A stretch of 64,000 bases of DNA from Fibrobacteria bacterium (GTDB lineage: Bacteria; Fibrobacterota; Chitinivibrionia; Chitinivibrionales; FEN-1185), in NCBI GenBank assembly GCA_037447435.1, contig JBBIGR010000009.1:32001-96000 (forward strand). Reading direction: 5' to 3'. The notes under the pieces are model-generated. The model was not told the origin of the DNA. It saw only the letters and a program-made list of their open reading frames with translations, and made no database searches. This document shows, in pieces, positions 17,427 through 26,517 of the stretch. Within the stretch, counting starts at the first letter, position 1, and each line of letters opens with the position of its first letter. A program made the translations under genes and the position numbers.

Positions 17427-19058
17427 ATGATGTTACGTTTTTTGCTGGTAGCGGCAATCGGTTTCGTTTCTGTCGTCGCATCGTATGGGCAAGCTGTGAC
17501 CTGGATGCGTACATCTTCGGGCGGAGATAAAAACAAAGTTCAATCTTTAACGTTTCATCCTACCGGAACCGCTGCAACGGCAACAATTACCGTTAATCCT
17601 TCTCAAACGTATCAGACTATGGTGGGCTTTGGCGGTTCTTTCACAGAAGCGGGCGCTGTTTCTTTGAAAACATTAAATGCAACCGTACGAAAACAAGCAA
17701 CAGATGCTTATTTTGGTCCCACAGGTGCCGATTATTCAATTTGCCGTACTCAAATCGGTGCCAGCGATTTTTCCGCAGGTCTTTACAGTTACGATGATCA
17801 GGCTGGTGATAATGCGCTTAATAATTTTAGTGTTCAACACGATGTAACATCCACTCTTATCCAATGGGAAAAAGACGCATTAGCCAATAATCCTACCTTG
17901 AAAATATTCGGCTCACCATGGAGTGCTCCGGCCTGGATGAAGCAAATGGATAATGGTGCAGCACAGAGTATGGATAACGGCGGAACCTTACTATCAAGTT
18001 GCGCGTCCGCATGGGCGAATTATTTTGTCAAGTATGTCCAGGCGTATAAAGCTCTAGGTGTGCCGATTTGGGGCATAACCATTCAAAATGAACCGCAAGC
18101 AAAGCAAACATGGCCGTCAATGATTTTTTCAAAAGAGCAAGAACGTGATTTTATGAAAAATTATCTTGGACCAACGTTAAAAAATGCTAGTCTTGGACCT
18201 TCAGTTCTTAACGTTATGTTTTGGGACCATAATAAAGATGTTATGGTGGATTGGGCAAATACTTTTTATGCAGATACCGCGGTAAAGAATATGGTTTGGG
18301 GTGAGGCGATTCACTGGTATTCGGGTGATGCCTTTAATAATGTTGCTACAGTGTATAATAATTATCCTGGCAAACATATTCTTGCAACCGAACAATGCAT
18401 TACCGGGTTTACCGGTGCAATTGACTATGCCAACACTGCTGAAAAATATGCCCATGATATTTTCGGCGATATTGTTAACGGCAGCGAAGGATGGGTAGAC
18501 TGGAATATGGTTTTAAACACTCAAGGTGGCCCGAACGTGTCTTCCAATTGGTGCTTGGCAGGAATTCTCGTAAATACCGGAGCCGGAACGATTCAGTTTA
18601 CGCCGATTTACTATTATATGGTTCAATTCTCAAAATATTGCCATACAGGTGCAGTACGAATCGGTACCACAATATCCAATGGCAGTGGTTTGGAAGCAAT
18701 GTCGTTTAAAAATACCGATGGTAGCATGACGACAATAGTTCATAATTACGGAAACTCGACAATCTCTTGCAAACTCGTAAGTGGAACAAATCAGGTAGAG
18801 TTTTCATCTACAGCTCTTTCTGTGGAAACATTTAACTGGAATCCGAATCCCTCAGGTGTAAAAAATCAAGTTGTGACATCTTCTCTCAGTAAAGCAGAGT
18901 CTGCAAAGCGACGGATCATAATGAACCAGGCTCAGCAGCAGCAAATTCCCGGTACAGGGAAGTTTACAGTAACAGGAAAGAAACTTCCTGCTTCGGTCAA
19001 CCGTGTTTCTACCGGCCTTTATATAGATAAACCGGACCAAAACACTCAGCCGAAATAA
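17427..19058 (+). CDS. Glycoside hydrolase family 30, secreted
   Basis: GFGGSFT, SDFS, SPWSAPAWMK, QNEP (acid/base), ATEQC (nucleophile), DWN and GGPN motifs. Confidence 0.9.
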   Translation: MMLRFLLVAAIGFVSVVASYGQAVTWMRTSSGGDKNKVQSLTFHPTGTAATATITVNPSQTYQTMVGFGGSFTEAGAVSLKTLNATVRKQATDAYFGPTGADYSICRTQIGASDFSAGLYSYDDQAGDNALNNFSVQHDVTSTLIQWEKDALANNPTLKIFGSPWSAPAWMKQMDNGAAQSMDNGGTLLSSCASAWANYFVKYVQAYKALGVPIWGITIQNEPQAKQTWPSMIFSKEQERDFMKNYLGPTLKNASLGPSVLNVMFWDHNKDVMVDWANTFYADTAVKNMVWGEAIHWYSGDAFNNVATVYNNYPGKHILATEQCITGFTGAIDYANTAEKYAHDIFGDIVNGSEGWVDWNMVLNTQGGPNVSSNWCLAGILVNTGAGTIQFTPIYYYMVQFSKYCHTGAVRIGTTISNGSGLEAMSFKNTDGSMTTIVHNYGNSTISCKLVSGTNQVEFSSTALSVETFNWNPNPSGVKNQVVTSSLSKAESAKRRIIMNQAQQQQIPGTGKFTVTGKKLPASVNRVSTGLYIDKPDQNTQPK

Positions 19059-19070
19059 CGCGCTTTTAGC

Positions 19071-19110
19071 AAACAAACCCCGCTCTATGCAGAGCGGGGT
19101 TTGTTTTTTT
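19071..19110 (+). terminator. Rho-independent terminator
   Basis: AAACAAACCCCGCTCT-atgc-AGAGCGGGGTTTGTTT followed by a T-run. Confidence 0.9.
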
Positions 19111-19255
19111 ATCTTAATTAACAAATTATCGCCCAAAGTTTATCTCTCTATTGCAGAACATAATTATTTTGGTTTCAAGACTTTTGAAACAAAGTAAAAC
19201 ACTTTTGTTAACACTAAAAAAACTTAATTACAATTTTCTCAAAGGAGTTTTAAGG

Positions 19256-20674
19256 ATGATGACTTCCGTGTGCAGGATAGCGGCTGTCGCGCTTATCGGT
19301 TTTTTCAGCGCGTTACAAATGGCAAACGCACAAGATGCCGACTCAACGGCATTGGTTCAGACGCCTGTTAAGGCTGAAAAAAGCGGTCCCTCTTTAGGCG
19401 CAGGGTTGCATTTATCCGGCTTTTGGTCAATGGAAACCGGGCAATGGGTGGATTATTGGATGGTGAACAGCAGTGTTCCCCGTCAAAATATTTTGCATAC
19501 ATTTGTTAATTTGGGGGTTTCGAAGCAGCTTACGGATCATTTGTTGATAAATGCATCGCTCGAAGGGAAAATGTATTTCAATACATTTGACAAAACATAC
19601 AATGCCGGCGTTGAGAGCTTTGTTTTGCCCACAATGTATTACAATTTCTATATAGACCGCGCGGAAGCTATTTATTCCTTCGGTGAAGACAAATCTCCGT
19701 TTTTACAGTTGACCTTGGGTTATTTTCCGTTCAAGTATAATCCGGATGTCCGCGATCTTGGAGAATATCTTTACAGAAGCGGAACATATCCTGCGTACCT
19801 CATTACGGAATTCGACTTTCCCCAGGCGCGTTTGACCGGTTTGAAGGTATCAAGTGATCTGTTCGACATGCTGCATCAGGATCTTCTTATAACAACAGGT
19901 ACCGAAAGACCGCCGTTTTTTGATTTGAATTTGGGATACGTCGCTTCCGTGGATATCGCAAAAATCCTGAATATCGGTATCGGTGGCATGTATCAGAGCT
20001 TAATTTCTGCAAATCCAAATGTCACTTCTCCACATCAACCCGATAATGTGTATTTGAAAAATGCAGTATATGATACTGTTAAAGGGGCCTATAAAGGTGA
20101 TACAGCATATTATACCTTTGAAGGGTTAAAATTAATGGCCCGCGGGTCTTTCGATCCGAAACGGATTTTCATTCCCTCCGAAAGTGATCTGGGAATTTGG
20201 GGAAAAGAAGATCTAAAATTGTATGGTGAAATAGCCATATTAGGTGTTCAGGATTATCCAAAAAGCGTATTAGGTACTAACCCGTACGGATACGATTCTC
20301 TCATGCAAAAAATGCCTTTTATGCTGGGTTTGAATGTTCCCACATTTAAAATTTTAGACGTGTTTTCTGCCGAAGTCGAATGGTTTGGCAGCAAATATCC
20401 TAATAATTATCAGTACAAGGGTATGTCCCAAATCATTCCAACGCCGTGTCCCCAAGCGCAGGGTATGGAACCTGAGCAATACGATTATTTAAACAATTGG
20501 AAATGGGCATTTTATGCAAAGAAAAGCTTTGATATGGGGCTTTTCTTAGTTGCGCAAGTCGCCTTGGACCACGTGAGAAACGAAACACCCATTGCCAGTA
20601 GCGTAGATTTTGAAGAATCGTTGCGTACAGACCATTCATGGTCTTGGATGTTCAAGATGGGATATAAGTTCTAG
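19256..20674 (+). CDS. Putative outer-membrane beta-barrel protein, function unknown
   Basis: Signal peptide; alternating aromatic beta-strands; C-terminal beta-signal ending YKF; G.FPFKYN.D.R.LGEYL.RSG.YP block. Confidence 0.6.
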   Translation: MMTSVCRIAAVALIGFFSALQMANAQDADSTALVQTPVKAEKSGPSLGAGLHLSGFWSMETGQWVDYWMVNSSVPRQNILHTFVNLGVSKQLTDHLLINASLEGKMYFNTFDKTYNAGVESFVLPTMYYNFYIDRAEAIYSFGEDKSPFLQLTLGYFPFKYNPDVRDLGEYLYRSGTYPAYLITEFDFPQARLTGLKVSSDLFDMLHQDLLITTGTERPPFFDLNLGYVASVDIAKILNIGIGGMYQSLISANPNVTSPHQPDNVYLKNAVYDTVKGAYKGDTAYYTFEGLKLMARGSFDPKRIFIPSESDLGIWGKEDLKLYGEIAILGVQDYPKSVLGTNPYGYDSLMQKMPFMLGLNVPTFKILDVFSAEVEWFGSKYPNNYQYKGMSQIIPTPCPQAQGMEPEQYDYLNNWKWAFYAKKSFDMGLFLVAQVALDHVRNETPIASSVDFEESLRTDHSWSWMFKMGYKF

Positions 20675-20698
20675 TCAAGTTAAGTAAGTAAAAGAATC

Positions 20699-20733
20699 AA
20701 AAGCGAGGTTCCAGTATGGAATCTCGCTTTTTT
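20699..20733. terminator. Bidirectional intrinsic terminator between convergent genes
   Basis: AAAAGCGAGGTTCCA-gta-TGGAATCTCGCTTTTTT. Confidence 0.8.
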
Positions 20734-20823
20734 ATTATTAAAAAGAACATAGTTACGTACCAAATTTACAATACATATTTCAAAGATTAAATACAAAATG
20801 AAATTATATTTTTTGTTTCTCCT

Positions 20824-23800
20824 TTATGGTAAAGGAGAAATATAAATACCATTGCCATTTGTTGCAGCAAAAATATTGCTCCCGCATATTGTGAAAGCAT
20901 TTACTGAGCAGCCACTAGGCAGTCCGTTGTTTACAGGTGTCCAGCTTGCTCCATTGTCGCCAGAAATAAAAACACCACTGTCGTCGGTACCAGCAAGAAC
21001 ATAGGCACCACTAACTGTAAGAGATTTTACGGAAACCGTTGTTATACCGGAGCTGACAGGAGTCCAAGTAATTCCATTATCGGAAGAGCGGTAAACTCCG
21101 CCATCTCCGCCGCCAAATCCAGCAGCAAAAATATTAGTACCGCTAACTGCCAGTGCATAAATAAAAGCGAGGCTAGGTAGGCCTGTATGGTGTTCAACCC
21201 AGTTCGGGCTGCTTATTGGAGACACAAAGATTTTGCCAAGTGTCCCGGCAAATAAATTTGTGCCACTAATTGCCAATGACCAAACAGCGTTTTGTGTTAG
21301 TCCGTTATTGAAGTCGGACCAAGTTTGATTATAGTCTTTAGCATAAAAGACTCCGCCATCATAAGTTCCCGCAAAAACGTCATTTCCTGAAGTTGCAAAA
21401 CTAGTGACGGGCGCCGTTGTCAAGTTGATGGGGGCTGCGGTCCAACTGGCACCGGCATTATAAGAAGCGAAAACGTCTCCTTGGCCACCTCCTGCAAAAA
21501 TATAATTGGATGTTATTCCAATTGATTGAATGCTCATGTCCGTAAGATTAGCATTGTTTATTGTTCCCCAACTTGAACCGTTATTATTAGATAAAAACAC
21601 ACCACTATTTGATGTGCCGGCAAAAATATTTGGAGTATTTGAAGCAATTGCCCATACATAATTATTAGTAAGGCCCGAATTTACAGCAGTCCATCGGCAT
21701 AATGGTTTGAAACTAGCTGTTACAGTTGCATTACCTGAAGATAGTGCTATAGTTGTGGACGCAATGTTTGCATTAGCAATATTAGCCGTTCCTGTGGAAA
21801 CGGTCCATTTGTCAAATTTATAACCGGCGTTAGCAACAGCGGTGATGGTAGTTGCTATATTATAATTGACTGTTAATGGTAAACTCGATGGCGAAGGAAC
21901 CGTTACGGCGCCTCCAAGGCCTGAAGATGCATTTAATTGGTAGGTTTGTATAGACCATTTTGCAAATAATGCAACATCCCCAGTTGACCCAGTAGGGATA
22001 GATGTTAGCGCATTGCTGGTAAATCCTGAATTAGTATACCATCCGTTAAATGCATGACCTACAAAAGTTGGGTTTGCAAGCGTGATTGTCGAAGTAGTAA
22101 CATCGTAAGTTACGGGGTTGCTCCCGTTTGTACCGCCATTCAGAGTGTAGGTGATATTATAAGTTATAATAGTCCATTTTGCAAAGAATGACTTGTTCCC
22201 GGTCGACCCCGTCGGGATCGACGTTACTGCCGAGCCGGAAAAACCAGCATCTGTAAACCAACCGTTAAAAGTATAACCGGCTTTTGTTGGTGTAGGAAGA
22301 GTGATTGCCGTTGAAGTTACATTATACGAAGTCGCAGGCGTGCCGGGATTCGTTCCGCCATTTAGCGTATATGTAATGCCGTAATTGGCCAATGCCCATT
22401 GAGCATAAAGAACAACATTTGCCGGACCCATTAAAAATGTTGCTCCAGTAAGGTAACTTGTTCCTGACCCATTCGCACTTGTATTCCACCCGGTCCATGT
22501 GTAACCTGTTTTTGTCAAATTTCCTGAATTACCGAGAACAACCACGTATGAACTCGACAAATATGAAACCGGGTCAACCGGAGCTGTGCCGCCGGTAAAG
22601 CTGTTTCCATTGTAGGTAACAGAGTAGGTCGGAAGTACTGTCCACTTTGCATATAGGATTACATTTGTCGTACCTATTGCAAACTTGGCATTAGCTGAAT
22701 AGTTAGTACCGCTGCCGTCAGCCTTCGTATTCCAACCGGCATAGGTATATCCTATTTTCACTAATGATCCGGTGTTGCCAAGAACCGTGACGGAGTCGCC
22801 TGCCAAGTATGCATATGCATCAGCAGGGACACTTCCACCGCCACTGCCGTTCGCATCATAGGTAACGGTATACGTCGGGCTTGTTGTCCATTTCGCATAA
22901 AGCGTTACGTTAGCAGTACCCATTGAAAACGTGGCGTTGGCAGCATAATTTGTTCCGCTGCCGTCAGCCTTCGCGTTCCATCCTGCAAAAGTATTTCCAG
23001 TTTTTACTAAGATTCCGGTATTGCCGAGAACTGTTACCGATGCTCCCGTAGTATACGGATTTGCATCAACAGGGACATTTCCACCGGTATTGCCGTTTCC
23101 GTCATAGGTAATTGTAAAGGTCTTTGCCTTTGAGTTATGAAGCAAAATTGTCAAAACGCTTGTTGCAAAACCGTCCGATGCCTGGATTTTAATGGTAGAG
23201 GGTCCCGTATCACCGAGAGCCGCAACGTTTTTCCATGTACTGAATATGAGAGAGTTTTTTAACGGATTTCCTGAAGTCAATTGATATGTTATTTTGTCGC
23301 CATTGACATCTGTAATCAATGTGCTCAAATCTTTTGTTACCGAATCGTTCTCAAATCCCTCTACTTTGAGTGTATCCGATGTCCATTTCGGAGCAGAATT
23401 CACGTCACTCGAATGGAGTTTTTGCGAAGGGGATGCGGCTCCTTTCGAATTAGTCGCTACGACGTAATAATAAAAAACGGTGTCCTTAATCGTGTTGGCA
23501 AACGAAGTGTCGGTAATTGATGCGACGGATATAAATCCGGTTGCAGAATCCTTGGAACGGAATACCTGGTACCCGTCCGCGTTCGCCGCTTTGTTCCATT
23601 TGAATGAAAACACGCCGTTTATTCGTGTCGTATCCACGAATTTTGTGACGCTCGACGGCAACGGAATGGTTTTACTGACTTGAATTCCCACTTTTAACGT
23701 ATCGCCTTTAACGGGAATGCCGTTGTCTAAAACAGTAAATATCACACTATCGGTTTTCATGGTATCGGTGCCAAGATAGCCCGCAGGTACTGCCCAAATA

Positions 23801-24912
23801 AACGTTGTGCCCGTAAAATTGGAACCAGCCGGTTTCTTCAGGATATTATACGTAAACGTTTGGCCGATATCGGTATCTGCCGCGGCAACGGTAAGTGTGC
23901 ATATGTCGGTCGATAGGATTTTTGTATGGCCTTTAATAATAGAAAGAACCGGTTTGTGATTGACGATCACCCTGGGAACTACGTAAAGTACGGCTGCCGA
24001 AGTAGTGACGGAATCGTTGTTTTTATTTTTCACACGGCAGGTATATGCTCCGGAATCGGTGAATGCGACTTTCGCAATAATAAAAGTAGCCGCCGTTTGT
24101 CCGGTTATTTCAGTTGTTCCCAAGAACCATTTGTAGGTAAACGGCGTATCGCCGACTGCGGTTACGGTAAACGAAACGGTCGTGTCGGTCGGTACGGTAT
24201 CCAAAGTCGGGGAAATTGAGGCGGCAAAAACCTTTTTTATCGATAAAATCGCGGCCGCGGTTCTTACCGTGTCGCCCCATTTGTCGCTCACGAGGCAGGT
24301 ATATTTGCCGGTGTCGCTATACGCTACTTTCGCTATGATGATCGTTACGTTAGTATTGTTTGTCAATAGTGTCGTGTCGTGATACCATTGATAGGAATAG
24401 GGTTGATCGCCCGACGTCACGCTCACGGAAAATGTCGCCATCGAATCGGGAGTCGCCGCGATACTGCTTGGATTGATCGATGCGGTTGCAGTTTTAGGGG
24501 TAAGAGTTATCTCGCCGGGGACGGTTCGTGTGTCACCGTTATTGATATACGCGGTCGCGGAAAAGAGCCAGGTTCCTGCCTTTGTAAATGTAAAGGTATG
24601 CCACAAGGTGTCTTTTACAAAATCTTCTTTCCCGAACCTGAACGTAAGATCGGTATTGTTCGAATATTTCTTCACGGTAATTGTCACCGAATCCACCAGA
24701 TTCGCAACCGACACTAATGCGCCGATTTGTATCGGCGTTCCGACCTGCTCGGTGATTGAGGTGTTTGTTAAAATCTTATCGCTTGAGCCTTTAAGCAAAA
24801 TAGATAAACTGACATTTTTGGGATCGTCGAACGGGTTGACCGTATTACAAGAAAAAAGCAAAACAGCCAAGGCCAGAAAGCTTAATGAATAAACAATCGC
24901 CTTCTTAATCAT
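20824..24912 (-). CDS. Large surface lipoprotein: Ig-like domains, FN3-like domain, five InlB-B/Flg_new repeats, C-terminal BNR/WD40-like beta-propeller
   Basis: Lipobox LFSC; two Ig domains (YQW..D.G.YTC.V); repeated YTVTY..N..GY.F.GW..LYAKW; repeated IFAGT..GVF.S.NNG.SW. Confidence 0.85.
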   Translation of the reverse strand: MIKKAIVYSLSFLALAVLLFSCNTVNPFDDPKNVSLSILLKGSSDKILTNTSITEQVGTPIQIGALVSVANLVDSVTITVKKYSNNTDLTFRFGKEDFVKDTLWHTFTFTKAGTWLFSATAYINNGDTRTVPGEITLTPKTATASINPSSIAATPDSMATFSVSVTSGDQPYSYQWYHDTTLLTNNTNVTIIIAKVAYSDTGKYTCLVSDKWGDTVRTAAAILSIKKVFAASISPTLDTVPTDTTVSFTVTAVGDTPFTYKWFLGTTEITGQTAATFIIAKVAFTDSGAYTCRVKNKNNDSVTTSAAVLYVVPRVIVNHKPVLSIIKGHTKILSTDICTLTVAAADTDIGQTFTYNILKKPAGSNFTGTTFIWAVPAGYLGTDTMKTDSVIFTVLDNGIPVKGDTLKVGIQVSKTIPLPSSVTKFVDTTRINGVFSFKWNKAANADGYQVFRSKDSATGFISVASITDTSFANTIKDTVFYYYVVATNSKGAASPSQKLHSSDVNSAPKWTSDTLKVEGFENDSVTKDLSTLITDVNGDKITYQLTSGNPLKNSLIFSTWKNVAALGDTGPSTIKIQASDGFATSVLTILLHNSKAKTFTITYDGNGNTGGNVPVDANPYTTGASVTVLGNTGILVKTGNTFAGWNAKADGSGTNYAANATFSMGTANVTLYAKWTTSPTYTVTYDANGSGGGSVPADAYAYLAGDSVTVLGNTGSLVKIGYTYAGWNTKADGSGTNYSANAKFAIGTTNVILYAKWTVLPTYSVTYNGNSFTGGTAPVDPVSYLSSSYVVVLGNSGNLTKTGYTWTGWNTSANGSGTSYLTGATFLMGPANVVLYAQWALANYGITYTLNGGTNPGTPATSYNVTSTAITLPTPTKAGYTFNGWFTDAGFSGSAVTSIPTGSTGNKSFFAKWTIITYNITYTLNGGTNGSNPVTYDVTTSTITLANPTFVGHAFNGWYTNSGFTSNALTSIPTGSTGDVALFAKWSIQTYQLNASSGLGGAVTVPSPSSLPLTVNYNIATTITAVANAGYKFDKWTVSTGTANIANANIASTTIALSSGNATVTASFKPLCRWTAVNSGLTNNYVWAIASNTPNIFAGTSNSGVFLSNNNGSSWGTINNANLTDMSIQSIGITSNYIFAGGGQGDVFASYNAGASWTAAPINLTTAPVTSFATSGNDVFAGTYDGGVFYAKDYNQTWSDFNNGLTQNAVWSLAISGTNLFAGTLGKIFVSPISSPNWVEHHTGLPSLAFIYALAVSGTNIFAAGFGGGDGGVYRSSDNGITWTPVSSGITTVSVKSLTVSGAYVLAGTDDSGVFISGDNGASWTPVNNGLPSGCSVNAFTICGSNIFAATNGNGIYISPLP
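21955..23120 (-). repeat. Intragenic tandem repeats (three about 82-codon plus two about 73-codon Flg_new units)
   Basis: CCGCTGCCGTCAGCCTTCG recurs at 22709 and 22955 (246-nt period); the protein repeats are visible. Confidence 0.8.
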
Positions 24913-24995
24913 AAAGGTCTCCCTATAATTAGCTGAAAAGAATACTAAATTAGATCACGATAGCGAATAAAATAAATTCGCCAAGCCGATACTAG

Positions 24996-25011
24996 TGTGA
25001 CGGTCGTCACA
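24996..25011. promoter_or_regulatory. CRP-type binding site TGTGA-N6-TCACA
   Basis: TGTGA-CGGTCG-TCACA, both half-sites exact, intergenic, about 90 nt upstream of the 24912 start. Confidence 0.6.
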
Positions 25012-25188
25012 AAAGCGAAAATTTATTTTATACGCGATACCCGCCCAAAGAAATTTCCAAGTCAAAACAAATCCCTTTGCATGTTGAAAAGTTTGGCAAA
25101 ATCACAGAAAATAATAAAAAGTAGGCCGGGCCAGTCTAGATGGTGGCGCAGCATGGAAAACCTGCCTTAATGGTTCGATCGGCTTAAA

Positions 25189-26328
25189 TCACCAATCTTT
25201 TAAAAAACCGGCAGCATTGCAAACGCGTATGCCGTCTTTGTTAACAAAATCGTCCGTCGTATTCAGAACCAACTGTGTTGCAGGAATTTCCGGGTATTTT
25301 GTTTTAAGATATCGCAATCCGTCGTCAATGGTGAGGGAACCGCATTTGCACTCTACAAATTGAACGGGTTTTCCTTTCAGGCAGATAACGAAATCAACCT
25401 CTTTCTTGTCAACAGTCCGGAAGTAGCAAAGCGTATATTCAAGCCCTTCGGAGTCCTGTTTATGGCAACACCAAGCATAGAGTTGGCATGCGACAAGATT
25501 TTCGAAACGGGGTCCAGGTTGTTCGACAAGGGTCCAATCAAAATGATAATGCTTAGGCTCCTTTTTAACGGTTTTGATGTTGGGGTGACCAAAGGGATAA
25601 ATCCTGAATATCTGATAAATATTCTCAAGGAGCTGCACCCAACGGGAGCAGGTTTGATGCGATATTTGTAGGTCTTCGCGCAGGGCGTTGATTGAAAGAG
25701 GAGAACCGACCAGCGCCGGCATCCGGGACGCAAGCAATTGTACCAGGGCCAAATCCATGACCCGTTCAAGATCGCGCAAGTCCGTGTCGATGACTCTGCT
25801 CAGATAATCCCGCGACCACCGGCGGCTTTGCAAGTCGGAACCCGACGTAAAGGGTTCGGGAAAACCGCCGAACCTCAGCAGCGATTCAAGATCGCCTTGT
25901 TTTCCTCCGACTTCAGGTAATGTAAACGGAAACAATCGGTGATAATGATATCTGCCCTGTAAGGAATCTCCGCCTCTACGATAATGGTCGAGCCGTGCAC
26001 TGCCGGTGACAATAATTGCAAGGTCTTGCCTGCGGGAATCGTATAGACCTTTGACAACCTGACGCCATCTATTGAATTTATGGATTTCGTCAAGTACCAA
26101 GGTCCGTGCTTCTTGAGGAAATGTCTCCTTAATGATGATACTTCTATCCGAAGCAATGTCCCAATTGTAATACCTTGCTGCAGCATGGCTGCGGTTAAGG
26201 GCTATATGTCGCGCCAGCGTTGTCTTGCCGCATTGCCTTGGACCGCCGATAAACACCATTTTATGATTCAAATCCTCTGAAATTCCGGATTCGATGGCCC
26301 GTTTAATGTAGGTAGTTTTTTTAATCAT
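25189..26328 (-). CDS. AAA_14 ATPase with DUF4143 and C-terminal PD-(D/E)xK-like domain
   Basis: GPRQCGKTT, LDEIH, TGSA, GGFP, FENLV and EVDF..VECK motifs. Confidence 0.9.
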   Translation of the reverse strand: MIKKTTYIKRAIESGISEDLNHKMVFIGGPRQCGKTTLARHIALNRSHAAARYYNWDIASDRSIIIKETFPQEARTLVLDEIHKFNRWRQVVKGLYDSRRQDLAIIVTGSARLDHYRRGGDSLQGRYHYHRLFPFTLPEVGGKQGDLESLLRFGGFPEPFTSGSDLQSRRWSRDYLSRVIDTDLRDLERVMDLALVQLLASRMPALVGSPLSINALREDLQISHQTCSRWVQLLENIYQIFRIYPFGHPNIKTVKKEPKHYHFDWTLVEQPGPRFENLVACQLYAWCCHKQDSEGLEYTLCYFRTVDKKEVDFVICLKGKPVQFVECKCGSLTIDDGLRYLKTKYPEIPATQLVLNTTDDFVNKDGIRVCNAAGFLKDW

Positions 26329-26473
26329 AGTTAAATAAAGTAGGTAGTTTATTAAGGTATAGCTAAATATACTACTGAAGATATTTTGAGTCAATTTTAA
26401 AAAATAATGGAAATTTATTTGTTGAGAAGGGAAGAATAAATAGTCTCGCTAATAATCCTAGGCATTTGCATAT

Positions 26474-26505
26474 AATAAAGGGGCACCGAAAAGTGCCCCT
26501 TTATT
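26474..26505 (-). terminator. Rho-independent terminator
   Basis: AATAAAGGGGCAC-cgaaaa-GTGCCCCTTTATT after the GH55 stop. Confidence 0.8.
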
Positions 26506-26517
26506 TATCAGAAAAAA

